Source: an uncultured delta proteobacterium (GTDB taxonomy: Bacteria > Desulfobacterota > Binatia > Binatales > Binataceae). From it: 64,000 bases of DNA. The translations under genes were made by a program, and so were the position numbers. Numbering within the stretch: position 1 is the first letter of the stretch; every line of letters starts with the position of its first letter. Positions 29,037 through 40,700 of this stretch are shown in pieces. The stretch is from positions 1,088,001-1,152,000 of the forward strand of contig CAWJET010000001.1 in the NCBI GenBank assembly GCA_963842085.1. The letters run 5' to 3'. The notes below the pieces were generated by a model that saw only the letters and a list, made by a program, of their open reading frames with translations, ran no database searches and was not told where the DNA came from.

Positions 29037-29065
29037 TTGACAGGGCGGCATTGCTCAGTTAGCGT
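29037..29065 (+). promoter_or_regulatory. Sigma70 promoter upstream of the long rho leader
   Basis: TTGACA(29037-29042)-N17-TAGCGT(29060-29065). Confidence 0.55.
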
Positions 29066-29334
29066 TTTACCTGAGCCTCCGCACTGAGGACGCCGAGACG
29101 GGTTGGGTGGTGAGAAAACATCCCGTTTCCCTGCGGTCCGTAATTCCGAACTCGAACTCAAGGCGTTAGTTGTTCCGAATCCCGGCCGCTTGAGCACTCA
29201 AGAATCTATAATGGTATCTCCCGTCGTGGGAGCCCATTGGAACAAACGTTCATAACCTGCGAAGCGCGCGCCTTAAGCGGCGGCGATTTGCAGCACCAAA
29301 GCACATGATGGAGTCCAGGTTGCGGGGAAGGCAT

Positions 29335-30723
<1,389 letters not shown>

Positions 30724-30726
<3 letters not shown>

Positions 30727-30792
30727 TTCAGTGGGGCGGGCCGCCGTGCCCGCCGTGATTCAGTGGGGCGGGCCGCCGTGCCCGCCATGATT
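30724..30792 (+). repeat. Two tandem REP copies (GTGGGGCGGGCCGCCGTGCCCGCC) in a 32-bp direct repeat
   Basis: REP1 30731-30754 and REP2 30763-30786. Each is GTGG followed by a GGCGGGC/GCCCGCC palindrome. Confidence 0.9.
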
Positions 30793-30796
30793 TGCG

Positions 30797-31240
30797 ATGA
30801 CGGAGTCCTCTCGCTTTTACCGCAGACGACTACCGCACTACCGCGAGCGAGACGCTGTCTATTTCGTAACTTGGCGGCTTGCCCCCGGCAAAGATTTGTC
30901 GGGACCTGAGCGCGATCTGATCGCGGCGGAACTGCATCACGGCCACGAGCAGCGCTACGAGCTCTACGCCAGCGTGGTCATGAACGACCATGTGCATGTC
31001 CTGCTGCGGCCATTTGACGAAGAGCCTCTCGAAAGGATTATTCATTCCTGGAAGTCGTTCACCGCGCATGCGATGCAGCGTCGGCACGGACGCCGCGGCC
31101 GAGTCTGGCAAGACGAATACTTCGACCGGATTGTCCGTAATGAAGAGGAATTTGGGCAAAAGTTCGAATACATTCTTGGCAACCCGTGGACGCGATGGCC
31201 GGAGCTCAAAGAGTATCGGTGGGTGTGGCCGAACGACTAG
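30797..31240 (+). mobile_element. REP-associated tyrosine transposase (RAYT, IS200-like Y1 HUH enzyme)
   Basis: RRLPHY...YFVTW, HUH motif MNDHVH, WKSFTA, VWQDEYFDRIVR, catalytic Tyr in YILGNP. Flanked by REPs. Confidence 0.92.
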
Positions 31241-31257
31241 GTACGTGTGGGCGCGGA

Positions 31258-31363
31258 CGCCGGTGCGACAAATGGCGGGCACGGCGGCCCGCCCCACTGG
31301 AATAGGTGTCCTGGTTTTTTATAGTGGAGCGGGCCGCCGTGCCCGCCATTTGTCGCACCGGCG
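31258..31363. repeat. Inverted REP pair (REPIN-like), 41-bp arms with 1 mismatch
   Basis: 31258-31298 is the reverse complement of 31323-31363. Contains REP3 (31274-31297, minus) and REP4 (31324-31347). Confidence 0.9.
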
Positions 31364-31405
31364 CCTCGATGACTTTTTTTTGGCGAGAGGCGTATAACTT
31401 GCCGC

Positions 31406-31738
31406 GTGGGCAACCTGAAAAGCCGGCACTTCGCGGCGCTAGCATTCGTGGGCTGGTATCTGATGATGCCGCCCGATTCCACCAGGATCCCGCATGATGT
31501 TGATGCCGATGCTCCTCTTTCGCGCTGGATAAAAGTCGCCACTTTCGACACCTCGGATGACTGCGAGAAGGTGCTGGCGGACATTCAGAACAAGCAGCAG
31601 GACCCGATCGAGCTCGACAAAACGGGCAAGCTCAAGCGGTTGCAGAAGGATGACCCGGCATTGGGAAAAGCGCGCGCGATCAACGCCGGCTGCGTCGCGA
31701 GCGACGATTTCCGCCTGAAGGAAAAGAAATCGGAGTGA
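31406..31738 (+). CDS. Small secreted/membrane-anchored protein, RH.AALA.VGWYLM.PP family
   Basis: SRHFAALAFVGWYLMMPP...APLSRW...C...CVASDDFRL. Confidence 0.75.
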   Translation: MGNLKSRHFAALAFVGWYLMMPPDSTRIPHDVDADAPLSRWIKVATFDTSDDCEKVLADIQNKQQDPIELDKTGKLKRLQKDDPALGKARAINAGCVASDDFRLKEKKSE

Positions 31739-31751
31739 CGCACATTTCGTT

Positions 31752-32036
31752 ATGAAGCCCCGCCACGCCGCCGCGCTCGCGCTCGTGGGCTGGTATTTGA
31801 TGGTGCCACCCAAGTCCGGCTGGCCAGTCGTCTATGACACAGAGGCACCGTTAGCGACTTGGGCAAAGGAAGGTCAGTATCCGTCACTCACCGAGTGTTC
31901 TCGGCGCAAGGCCGAAATCCTGAAAGTATGTGAAAACCCGCCAGCGTGGAATCAGGACACTTGGTCTAAATCGTGTGTGGCGGCGCGGGCCGCACTGCGA
32001 TGCCTTTCAGCGAACGATCCGCGCCTGACAAATTAA
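31752..32036 (+). CDS. Small secreted/membrane-anchored protein, paralog of the preceding gene
   Basis: [20 protein letters not shown]...APLATW...C...CLSANDPRL. Confidence 0.75.
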   Translation: MKPRHAAALALVGWYLMVPPKSGWPVVYDTEAPLATWAKEGQYPSLTECSRRKAEILKVCENPPAWNQDTWSKSCVAARAALRCLSANDPRLTN

Positions 32037-32178
32037 GACACTCGCGCTTTTAAATTCAGAGAACCAGCCCCAAATTAAGCCAGCACCGCGTCCAGCGCCG
32101 CGCTTTCTTAGAACTCCTCAGCCTGATAATACTTCAGGATTGCCCCGCTCACGGGACAAGAGGCAGGAACAAAATTCT

Positions 32179-32961
32179 ATGACTGAAATCAGCATGAAGC
32201 AGCTTCTGGAGGCCGGCGTTCATTTCGGCCATCAGACCAGCCGCTGGAACCCGAAGATGAAGCAATACATCTTCGGCGCCCGCAACGGTATTTACATTAT
32301 CGATCTGCAGCAGACCGTGAAGATGTTTCGCGCGACCTACGACTTCGCGCGCGACCTCGCTGCGGCGGGCGGCACGATGCTGTTCGTCGGCACCAAGAAG
32401 CAGGCCCAGGACATCGTCAAGGAAGAGGCCGAGCGATGCGGGATGTTTTACGTCAACAACCGCTGGCTGGGCGGGATGCTGACCAACTTCCAGACGATTC
32501 GCGCCTCGATCGACCGGCTAAAGAAACTCGAAGAAGTGATGGCGGACCCCGAGATGATTCGCGCGCTCACCAAGAAAGAGATGAGCGACAACGCGCGCGA
32601 GCATGGAAAGCTGATGGCGACGCTGGCCGGGATCAAGAACATGCGCAAGCTCCCGGACGCGCTGTGGGTCATAGATACCAAGAAGGAAGACATCGCCGTC
32701 GCGGAGGCGAATCGTCTCGGTATCCCGGTCGCCGCGGTGGTCGATACCAACTGCGACCCGGACCTGATCGCGTACCGAATCCCCGGCAACGACGACGCGA
32801 TCCGCGCGATCAAGTTGTTCACCGCGGCCGTCGCCGACGCGATTATCGAAGGCAAGCAGCTCGCCGAGGAACGCGCCAAGGGGCAGCAGGATATCCGCTC
32901 GGACGCGGGCGCGGCGGCGGACACGGGAGCGTCGGCGCCCGATTCTCCGAACGCGGTCTAG
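32179..32961 (+). CDS. rpsB: 30S ribosomal protein S2
   Basis: [46 protein letters not shown]. Confidence 0.98.
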   Translation: MTEISMKQLLEAGVHFGHQTSRWNPKMKQYIFGARNGIYIIDLQQTVKMFRATYDFARDLAAAGGTMLFVGTKKQAQDIVKEEAERCGMFYVNNRWLGGMLTNFQTIRASIDRLKKLEEVMADPEMIRALTKKEMSDNAREHGKLMATLAGIKNMRKLPDALWVIDTKKEDIAVAEANRLGIPVAAVVDTNCDPDLIAYRIPGNDDAIRAIKLFTAAVADAIIEGKQLAEERAKGQQDIRSDAGAAADTGASAPDSPNAV

Positions 32962-33064
32962 TCGATAAGATTCAATTTCAGGCCCGAAACAGTGCCGGTT
33001 TTCGGTGGCCGTTGCTTGCAGTACAGCGACCGGCCAAGAATACTAGCTCAACCCAGGAATTGCG

Positions 33065-33688
33065 ATGGAACTAAACGCAAGTCAGGTTAAGGAACTGCGC
33101 GAGAAGACCGGCGCCGGCATAATGGATTGCAAACGGGCGCTGGCGGAGACGGCCGGAGATCTCGAAAAGGCCATCGTATGGCTCCGCGAGAAGGGCATCG
33201 CCGCGGCTGCCGGCCGCGCCGGCCGGGTCGCGTCCGAAGGCTCGATCGGTTCGTATATTCACGCGGGCGGCAAGATTGGCGTGTTGATCGAGGTCAATTG
33301 CGAGACCGATTTCTGCGCCAAGTCGGAAGCGTTCCAGGCGCTGGTCAAGGAACTCGCGATGCAGGTGGCGGCTTCGCCTTCCACGCGCTGCGTGCGGCGC
33401 GAGGAAGTGCCGCCGATGGTTATCGAGCAGGAGCGCCAGATCTACGCGTCGCAGGCCGAAGGCAAGCCGGCCGCGGTCGTCGCCAAGATCGTCGACGGCA
33501 AGCTCGAGAAATTTTACAAGGAAGCCTGCCTGCTCGAACAAGCCTACGTCCGCGATCCCAACAAGACGGTCAACGATCTGTTGGGTGAGGCGGCGATCCA
33601 GATGCGCGAGAAGATCGACGTGCGCCGCTTCACGCGCTACCAGTTGGGTGAGGCGCTCGACGGCAAGGCAACCACTGCGGCCGCCTGA
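33065..33688 (+). CDS. tsf: Elongation factor Ts (short form)
   Basis: VKELREKTGAGIMDCKRAL, EVNCETDF. Confidence 0.98.
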   Translation: MELNASQVKELREKTGAGIMDCKRALAETAGDLEKAIVWLREKGIAAAAGRAGRVASEGSIGSYIHAGGKIGVLIEVNCETDFCAKSEAFQALVKELAMQVAASPSTRCVRREEVPPMVIEQERQIYASQAEGKPAAVVAKIVDGKLEKFYKEACLLEQAYVRDPNKTVNDLLGEAAIQMREKIDVRRFTRYQLGEALDGKATTAAA

Positions 33689-33748
33689 CGCGGCGCATTT
33701 GCTGACGGGACGGGGCTTCAACGGGGGCATCGACGGGAGCTTCGAGAC

Positions 33749-34498
33749 ATGGCTGAAGTTCAGAGTGCGTCGCACGGCAAGCCGCGCTTCGGCCGTATCC
33801 TGCTCAAATTATCCGGCGAGGCGCTCGCGCCCGCGCAAGGGTCGGGACTCGACCTCGACGCAATGGGCGAGATTGCGCTCGAAATCAAGGAAGTGGCGGC
33901 GCTTGGCGTGCAGCTTGCCTTGGTAATCGGCGCCGGCAACTTTATCCGCGGCAGCGACTACGAGTCGCGCGGGATGGATCGTTCGACTGCCGACCAAATG
34001 GGCATGCTGGCGACGGTGATCAACGCGCTCGCGCTGCAAAACGCGCTCGAGCACGTCGGCGTGGTCACGCGAGTGCTGTCTGCCATCGAGATGCAGGCGC
34101 TGTGCGAGCCGTACATCCGTCGCCGCGCCGTGCGCCATCTCGAAAAGGGCCGCGTCATCATCTTCGCCGCCGGCACCGGCAATCCCTATTTCACCACCGA
34201 CACGGCCGCCAGCCTGCGCGCGATGGAAATCGGCGCCGAGGTAATCCTCAAGGCCAGCCACACGGTGGACGGCGTTTACGACCGCGATCCGATGCGCGAG
34301 CCGGGCGCCAAGCGCTTCGACCGGCTCACTTATATCGAAGTGCTGCAGAAAAACCTCAAGGTGATGGACTCGACAGCCATCTCGATGTGCATGGATAATC
34401 GCCTGCCGATCATCGTGTTCAATTTGCGCAAAGCGGGTAATATAAGAAGGGCCGTGATGGGCGAACAAATCGGGACCCGGGTGGAGAGCGCACCGTGA
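33749..34498 (+). CDS. pyrH: UMP kinase
   Basis: [32 protein letters not shown]. Confidence 0.98.
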   Translation: MAEVQSASHGKPRFGRILLKLSGEALAPAQGSGLDLDAMGEIALEIKEVAALGVQLALVIGAGNFIRGSDYESRGMDRSTADQMGMLATVINALALQNALEHVGVVTRVLSAIEMQALCEPYIRRRAVRHLEKGRVIIFAAGTGNPYFTTDTAASLRAMEIGAEVILKASHTVDGVYDRDPMREPGAKRFDRLTYIEVLQKNLKVMDSTAISMCMDNRLPIIVFNLRKAGNIRRAVMGEQIGTRVESAP

Positions 34499-35058
34499 GC
34501 ATGCTTACGGACACAATCGAAGAAGCACGCAAGGAAATGGACAAGACCGTCGAGGCGTTTCGCCACGAACTCGCCCGCGTTCGCACCGGCCGCGCTTCGA
34601 CCGCGCTGGTCGAAAATTTGCAGGTGAATTACTACGGCTCGAAGACGCCGCTGCGCCAGTTGGCCGGGCTCGCGGCGCCGGAGCCGCGCCTGATAGTGAT
34701 CACGCCGTACGACAAGGGCGCGATGCACGATATTGAAAAAGCGATCCAGACCTCGGATCTTGGACTGACGCCCATGAACGACGGCAAGATCATCCGGATT
34801 CCGATTCCCGAACTTACCGAGGAGCGCCGCAAGGACCTGGTGAAACACGTCCGCAAAATCGGCGAGGAATTCCGCGTCGGCATCCGCAACCATCGCCGCG
34901 ACGCCAACGACATGCTCAAGGAAATGCACAAGGAAAAGCAGGCCACCGAGGACGAGATGCGCGCGGGCGAAGCCAAGGTGCAGACTTACACGACCGAGTT
35001 CATCGAAAAAATCGACAAAGTGCTGACCGCCAAAGAAGCGGAAATCATGGAGGTCTGA
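34495..35058 (+). CDS. frr: Ribosome recycling factor
   Basis: [30 protein letters not shown]. Confidence 0.98.
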   Translation: MSMLTDTIEEARKEMDKTVEAFRHELARVRTGRASTALVENLQVNYYGSKTPLRQLAGLAAPEPRLIVITPYDKGAMHDIEKAIQTSDLGLTPMNDGKIIRIPIPELTEERRKDLVKHVRKIGEEFRVGIRNHRRDANDMLKEMHKEKQATEDEMRAGEAKVQTYTTEFIEKIDKVLTAKEAEIMEV

Positions 35059-35102
35059 GACTCGCCTCGACGGCGCGATCTTCGGTAAAGACTGAACCCC
35101 AA

Positions 35103-35888
35103 GTGGCCATCTCACTACCTTTGAGCGATTTCCCCAACCTGTCTTTGGACCCATCGCGGATGCCGCGTCACGTGGCGATCGTGATGGACGGCAACGGCCG
35201 CTGGGCGAGTCGGCGCGGTCTCTCGCGCCACGAGGGCCATCGGCGCGGCAAGGATTCGGTGCGCGCGGTGGTCGATGCGGCGCGCGAACTCGGCATCCCG
35301 TACCTCACCCTGTACGCCTTTTCGAGCGAAAACTGGGGCCGGCCGAGCACCGAGGTCACCTTCCTGATGCAACTGTTCCATCGCTACCTCATCACCGAGA
35401 CCAAGCGCCTGATGAAACGCGACATCCGCGTGGTGGCTCTGGGAGACACCGAACGGCTGCCGCCGCGAGTGCGCGACGCCCTGGCGGAGACGGTCGCGGC
35501 GACGCGCGAAAATCGCTCGATGACGGTGGCGCTGGCGTTGTCGTACGGCGGGCGCCAGGACATCGTTAACGCGGCGCGGTCGATCGCGCGCGCGGTGGCC
35601 GACGGCGCGATCTCGCCCGATCAAATCGACGAGCAACTGGTGGCGCGCGAACTGGCTACCGCCGGGCTTCCCGATCCCGACTTGCTGATTCGAACCTCGG
35701 GAGAACTGCGGGTCTCCAATTTTTTCCTCTTTCAGCTCGCCTACACCGAACTCTATTTCACCGATACGCTGTGGCCCGATTTCCGCGAGCGCGAATTCTT
35801 AAGCGCCATCGCCGCCTACCAGCTTCGCGAGCGCCGCTTCGGCGCAGTCACCAACGGCTCCGACACCCGGCTGCGTGCTCAGAACTAG
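35103..35888 (+). CDS. uppS: Isoprenyl transferase (undecaprenyl diphosphate synthase)
   Basis: HVAIVMDGNGRWA, YAFSSENW.RP, DLLIRTSGE.RVSNF. Confidence 0.97.
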   Translation: MAISLPLSDFPNLSLDPSRMPRHVAIVMDGNGRWASRRGLSRHEGHRRGKDSVRAVVDAARELGIPYLTLYAFSSENWGRPSTEVTFLMQLFHRYLITETKRLMKRDIRVVALGDTERLPPRVRDALAETVAATRENRSMTVALALSYGGRQDIVNAARSIARAVADGAISPDQIDEQLVARELATAGLPDPDLLIRTSGELRVSNFFLFQLAYTELYFTDTLWPDFREREFLSAIAAYQLRERRFGAVTNGSDTRLRAQN

Positions 35889-36669
35889 GCTTCTGACAGC
35901 GGCGGTCCTGCTGCCCGCGGTGGGAGCGCTCGTGCTGTTCGCGCCGGCCTGGTTCTTCACGATTTTCATCGCGCTCGCCGGATGCTGGGGACTTTACGAA
36001 GTCGCCGCGATGACCGGCGCTCTGCACTGGGTCGCACTGCCGCTGTTCGCCGTCGTCGGCGGCGTGCCCCTGTTCGGACTCCTATACGGCGGCGACGTGG
36101 GATGGGTCGGATGGCTGGTGCCGATGGTGGTGATCCTGGCGATGCTCGGGCTGGCGGTGCGAATCGAACTCGCGGGCGGCGGTGAAAGATTCAGGGGCCC
36201 GCGACTAGTCTTCATCGGCGCAGCGTACGTCGGAGTGCTGTTCCCCTACTTCGCCCTGCTCCGCAATTCTCCCGGCGGGATCGACATGCTCCTGCTGGTC
36301 ATCCTGTTGGCGGTGGTGAGCGACAGCGGCGCGTACTTCGTCGGCAGGTTTATGGGCCGGACCAAGCTCGCGCCGAGTGTCAGCCCGAACAAGACGGTCG
36401 AGGGCGCGGTAGGCGGCTTGATCTTGACGATCGTGGGCGGCTGGGCGCTGTTCAGGATGATTGGCGGAACGTGGGATCTGGGCTCTGTGCTGCTATTTTC
36501 GGCTATGATTTCCATCTTTGCGCAACTTGGCGACCTGGCCGGTTCGGCCCTAAAGCGCGCCGCGGGAGTCAAGGACTCGGGCTGGATTTTTCCCGGACAC
36601 GGCGGTCTGCTTGATCGCACCTGTTCGCTGGTCTTCGCGGTGTTTTTCGCCTACTATTGGTTTCGATGA
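35875..36669 (+). CDS. cdsA: Phosphatidate cytidylyltransferase
   Basis: SDSGAYF.G, SPNKTVEG, KRAAGVKDSG..FPGHGG.LDR. Confidence 0.96.
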   Translation: MLRTRLLTAAVLLPAVGALVLFAPAWFFTIFIALAGCWGLYEVAAMTGALHWVALPLFAVVGGVPLFGLLYGGDVGWVGWLVPMVVILAMLGLAVRIELAGGGERFRGPRLVFIGAAYVGVLFPYFALLRNSPGGIDMLLLVILLAVVSDSGAYFVGRFMGRTKLAPSVSPNKTVEGAVGGLILTIVGGWALFRMIGGTWDLGSVLLFSAMISIFAQLGDLAGSALKRAAGVKDSGWIFPGHGGLLDRTCSLVFAVFFAYYWFR

Positions 36670-36737
36670 TGCGGCTTGGGGAGCCGCATTTTTACGCTCG
36701 AACAACCTTCCGCATCTGACTTGCGGGCAGAAACCAG

Positions 36738-38090
36738 ATGATACATTCGATCCTATACGCGGCACTGGTATTTGCGGTGCTGGTAATCGTGCATGAGGCG
36801 GGCCATTTTGCGATGGCGAAGAAAGTCGGGGTTCGCGTGCTCCGATTCTCGATCGGCTACCCGCCAAAATTATTCGGCGTCCGGCGCGGCGAAACCGAAT
36901 ACTCGGTCGGCGCAACTCCATTCGGCGGCTACGTCCGCATGCTCGGCGACGAAGTCAACGAGGAGCCCAAGCCCGAAGAACTTACGATGTATCTTCACGA
37001 AGTCGGACTCGACCTGATTGGCGCGGCGCGCGAGCGCGGCGTGATTCATAAGGGTTCCGGATTCGACGACGACTTGCGCATAATTGCGGAGCGCATGGGC
37101 GATTCGGCTGCCGGCGCCGTGCACAGCATAATCGGGCGCGAACTGAAACCCGACGAGGCGCTCCTGATCAATGAAGTCCGCCGCCAACCCAAAGTTAACG
37201 ACGCGATCAAAGCGCTGGCGGAACATCCTCCCGCCGTGCTGGTCGAGGCATACTGCAAGCGCGCGTTCCCAACCCAGTCGCTCGGCAAGCGTGTGCTGAT
37301 AGTGCTGGCCGGGCCGGTGGCGAATATAATCTTTGCGCCGATACTGCTCACCTTCGTTTTCATGACCGGTGTGCCGGAGTTGCTGCCGGTCGTCGGCAAG
37401 ACCACGAACGATCTCCCGGCGGCCAAGGCCGGACTCCGCGCCGGCGACCGGATTCTCGCGGTTGACGGCGAGCCGATGGAATCGTGGGCCGACTTCTCGA
37501 AGACGGTGAAGGCCGGAGACGGCTCTCCGATCACGCTGCAAATCGCTCGGCAGCAGGACGCCGGGTCCGCGCGCAGCACGATTGTCATCAAGCCAACCCG
37601 GCTCGAGCAGAAAACCATCTACGGCACCAACGCAACCACCTGGGTAATCGGCGTGCAGCCGCGCGGCGACGAGACGACCAAGCGATACGGTCCGTTGGGC
37701 GCGATGAGAGAGGCGGGGGAAACCTCTGTCGAGATGACCGTTCAGATGGTGGTCGGAATCGCCAGCATCTTCACCGGCAGTACTCCCGTGCGCGACGCGC
37801 TCGGCGGGCCGATCATGATCGCGCAGATGGCCGGCAAGGAGGCGCATCAGGGGTTCGCGAACCTCGCGATGTTTATGGTGATGCTGAGCCTCGAGCTCGG
37901 CATCATTAATCTGCTGCCGGTGCCGCTGCTCGACGGAGGACACCTGCTGTTCTTCGTCTTCGAGGGCGCGCGCGGCAAGCCGCTCGAACTTCGCTACCGC
38001 GAGGCGATGCTCCAGGTCGGACTGTTTTTACTCGTGGCGCTGATGGCGTTCGTAATCTTCAATGACATCTCGCGTATTGTGCAGGGTTAA
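36738..38090 (+). CDS. rseP: RIP metalloprotease RseP
   Basis: HEAGH, GGYVRM, AGPVAN, one PDZ domain, NLLPVPLLDGG. Confidence 0.95.
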   Translation: MIHSILYAALVFAVLVIVHEAGHFAMAKKVGVRVLRFSIGYPPKLFGVRRGETEYSVGATPFGGYVRMLGDEVNEEPKPEELTMYLHEVGLDLIGAARERGVIHKGSGFDDDLRIIAERMGDSAAGAVHSIIGRELKPDEALLINEVRRQPKVNDAIKALAEHPPAVLVEAYCKRAFPTQSLGKRVLIVLAGPVANIIFAPILLTFVFMTGVPELLPVVGKTTNDLPAAKAGLRAGDRILAVDGEPMESWADFSKTVKAGDGSPITLQIARQQDAGSARSTIVIKPTRLEQKTIYGTNATTWVIGVQPRGDETTKRYGPLGAMREAGETSVEMTVQMVVGIASIFTGSTPVRDALGGPIMIAQMAGKEAHQGFANLAMFMVMLSLELGIINLLPVPLLDGGHLLFFVFEGARGKPLELRYREAMLQVGLFLLVALMAFVIFNDISRIVQG

Positions 38091-38883
38091 TCGGCTGCTC
38101 GAACAGGCGGCCGCAACGCGCCCGGTCCTGGGACTCGACACTTCCACATCAATCGGCAGCCTTGCCCTGATTGCAGGCGGCAGCGTAGCTGCGTCTATCG
38201 CGCGGCCGGTCACCTCGCACGGCGCCGCCTTGCCTGGCGCCATCGACGAACTGCTCGAAGCGGCGGGACTGGCGCTCAGTGGCCTCGGCGCAATTGCCGT
38301 TGGGACCGGGCCCGGCTCGTTCACGGGACTGCGCATCGGGCTGAGCTATGCCAAGGGAATCGCGATGGCGTCGGGATGTGCACTGGTCGGCGTACCCGGT
38401 TTCGACGCGATGGCATCAGCTGCGCTGGAGCGCAACAATATTGAGCGAGGCCGGCTGGTATGCGTGGTTGTGGATGCTCGAAAGAGGGAAGTTTACACGG
38501 CCCTTTACCGGGTCGTGGCCGATGGGCTAGAGAAATTGTCAGAGGAGTCGGTAGTCGCGCTCGAACACCTGGCATCGCGCATCGCCGAGGACGTTATGTT
38601 CGTCGGTGACGAAAGAGCGAAGGATGCGGCGGCCCTTGTGCAATCGCGGGGCTATAGGGTGGCGGTTTTCGAAACAGGGATGCTCGATTTGCGCGGAGTC
38701 TGCGTCGCGGCGCTGGGCGGGGCGCGGTTTGCCCGTGGTGAAACGGATCGAGCGGCTTCGCTGGAGCCGCTATACATCAGGACGCCGGAGGCTACGTTCA
38801 AGCCCACTTCGAAAAATCCGGCGGGCATAGGCACGGAGGGCGTATGGAGCATCGAGAGGAAGAACTCATTCGGCAGCATCTGA
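38062..38883 (+). CDS. tsaB: tRNA threonylcarbamoyladenosine biosynthesis protein TsaB
   Basis: LGLDTST, GPGSFTGLRIG, DARKREVY, LEPLYIR. Start uncertain. Confidence 0.93.
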   Translation: MTSRVLCRVNRLLEQAAATRPVLGLDTSTSIGSLALIAGGSVAASIARPVTSHGAALPGAIDELLEAAGLALSGLGAIAVGTGPGSFTGLRIGLSYAKGIAMASGCALVGVPGFDAMASAALERNNIERGRLVCVVVDARKREVYTALYRVVADGLEKLSEESVVALEHLASRIAEDVMFVGDERAKDAAALVQSRGYRVAVFETGMLDLRGVCVAALGGARFARGETDRAASLEPLYIRTPEATFKPTSKNPAGIGTEGVWSIERKNSFGSI

Positions 38884-39074
38884 CCCATGACGAGGAGCTG
38901 AGGGCCCTCTACACGGAGCATCAAGAGCTCAAACAAAAGCTCGAAGCCTTTAGAAGTAAGCATTACCTGACCAACGAAGAGGAAGTCGAAGAAAAACGGA
39001 TCCAGAAGCTCAAGCTGGCCTCGAAAGACCGCATGATGGCGATTCTCGGCCGCTATCAACAAGAGGCACGCTGA
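38844..39074 (+). CDS. DUF465 / YdcH family small coiled-coil protein
   Basis: L..LY.EH.EL...L.....LT.EEE.E.KR..K.KL..KD.M. RBS GGAGG. Confidence 0.8.
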   Translation: MEHREEELIRQHLTHDEELRALYTEHQELKQKLEAFRSKHYLTNEEEVEEKRIQKLKLASKDRMMAILGRYQQEAR

Positions 39075-39113
39075 CGCCACGGGTTCCGGCCATGAGCGCG
39101 CGCACTCCACCGC

Positions 39114-39644
39114 ATGACAAGTCACACGATATCGGTTCTGGTTGAAAACGAATTCGGCGTGCTCGCGCGCGTGTCCGGACTGTTTTCGGGCCGCGGCTTC
39201 AACATCGAATCCCTGACCGTCAACGAGGATCCGCTCGATCCCACGGTCTCGAGGATCGTGCTGGTGACCACCGGCGACGATCAGATCGTCGAGCAGATCA
39301 ACAAGCAGCTCAACAAGCTGGTTTCCGTCATCAAAATTACCGACTTCAAGGACGTTGAGACGATCGAGCGCGAGATGGTGATCGTCAAGGTCGCGGTGGA
39401 CGAGCGCACGCGCTCCGAACTCGACTCGATCGTCGCCGCGTTTCGCGCTCACGTGATCGATATCGGGCCGCGCGCTATCACCGTCGAACTGACGGGCGAC
39501 TCCGAAAAAATCAAGGCGTTCATCGCGATCGTGCGCCCGCTCGGAATCAAGGAAGTGGTGCGCTCGGGCAAGGTCGCGATGGCGCGCGCTGTCCAGTTGA
39601 ACCACGACAATCATCAGAGCCGCCGGGCGCGCGAAGCTGAATAG
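39114..39644 (+). CDS. ilvN: Acetolactate synthase small (regulatory) subunit
   Basis: ISVLVENEFGVLARVSGLFSGRGFNIESL, EQINKQLNKL. Confidence 0.97.
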   Translation: MTSHTISVLVENEFGVLARVSGLFSGRGFNIESLTVNEDPLDPTVSRIVLVTTGDDQIVEQINKQLNKLVSVIKITDFKDVETIEREMVIVKVAVDERTRSELDSIVAAFRAHVIDIGPRAITVELTGDSEKIKAFIAIVRPLGIKEVVRSGKVAMARAVQLNHDNHQSRRAREAE

Positions 39645-39677
39645 TCTGACAGCGAGAAAATTCGGGAGAACATCCAA

Positions 39678-40694
39678 ATGAAGGTTTACTACGACCGCGA
39701 CGCGGACCTGTCCGCGCTCAAAGGCAAGAAGATCGCGGTCATCGGCTTTGGAAGCCAGGGACATGCGCACGCGCTCAACCTGCGCGACAGCGGGATGGAC
39801 GTATGTGTCGGGCTCGGCGCGAAGTCGCCGTCGCGCGAAAAGGCCGCCAAGCAGGGTCTGCCCGTGTTCGACACGGCCGAAGCCGCCAGGCGCGCCGACG
39901 TGATTATGATGCTGGTGCCGGATGAGATGGGCGCGGAGATTTACGAGGCCGAGATTGCCCCGCATCTGACCAAGGGCAAGTACCTGGCCTTCGGTCACGG
40001 CTTCAACATCCATTTCAAATTCATCAAGCCGCCGGCTGACGTTAACGTCTTCATGATCGCGCCCAAGGGACCCGGTCATCTCGTACGCTCCGAGTACACC
40101 AAGGGCCGCGGCGTGCCGTGCCTGCTCGCCGTGCAACAGGATCCGTCGGGCGACACCGCCAAGGTCGGGCTCGCGTACGGCAGCGCGATCGGCGGCGGCC
40201 GCGCGGCGATTATCGAAACCACGTTCAAGGAAGAAACCGAAACCGACCTGTTCGGCGAGCAGTCCGTGCTGTGCGGCGGTCTGACCGAACTGATCCGCGC
40301 CGGCTACGAGACGCTGGTCGAGGCCGGCTACGCACCCGAGATGGCGTACTTCGAATGCCTGCATGAAGTGAAGCTGATCGTGGACCTGATCTACGAGGGC
40401 GGAATCTCCAACATGCGCTACTCGATCAGCAACACGGCTGAGTACGGCGACATGACGCGCGGCAACAAGGTCGTTGGCAAGGAGTCGCGCGCGGCGATGA
40501 AACAGATCCTCGCGGACATCCAGTCGGGCAAGTTCGCCAACGAATGGATCGGCGACTACAAGGCCGGGCTGCCGCGCTTCCGCGAACTGCGCAAGGAAGC
40601 GGAGAAGCATCCGGTCGAAGAGGTCGGGCGCAGGCTGCGCGCGTTCATGCCGTGGCTCGCCAGCGACCGGCTGGTCGATAAATCCAGGAACTAG
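39678..40694 (+). CDS. ilvC: Ketol-acid reductoisomerase
   Basis: [38 protein letters not shown]. Confidence 0.98.
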   Translation: MKVYYDRDADLSALKGKKIAVIGFGSQGHAHALNLRDSGMDVCVGLGAKSPSREKAAKQGLPVFDTAEAARRADVIMMLVPDEMGAEIYEAEIAPHLTKGKYLAFGHGFNIHFKFIKPPADVNVFMIAPKGPGHLVRSEYTKGRGVPCLLAVQQDPSGDTAKVGLAYGSAIGGGRAAIIETTFKEETETDLFGEQSVLCGGLTELIRAGYETLVEAGYAPEMAYFECLHEVKLIVDLIYEGGISNMRYSISNTAEYGDMTRGNKVVGKESRAAMKQILADIQSGKFANEWIGDYKAGLPRFRELRKEAEKHPVEEVGRRLRAFMPWLASDRLVDKSRN

Positions 40695-40700
40695 GCGAAG

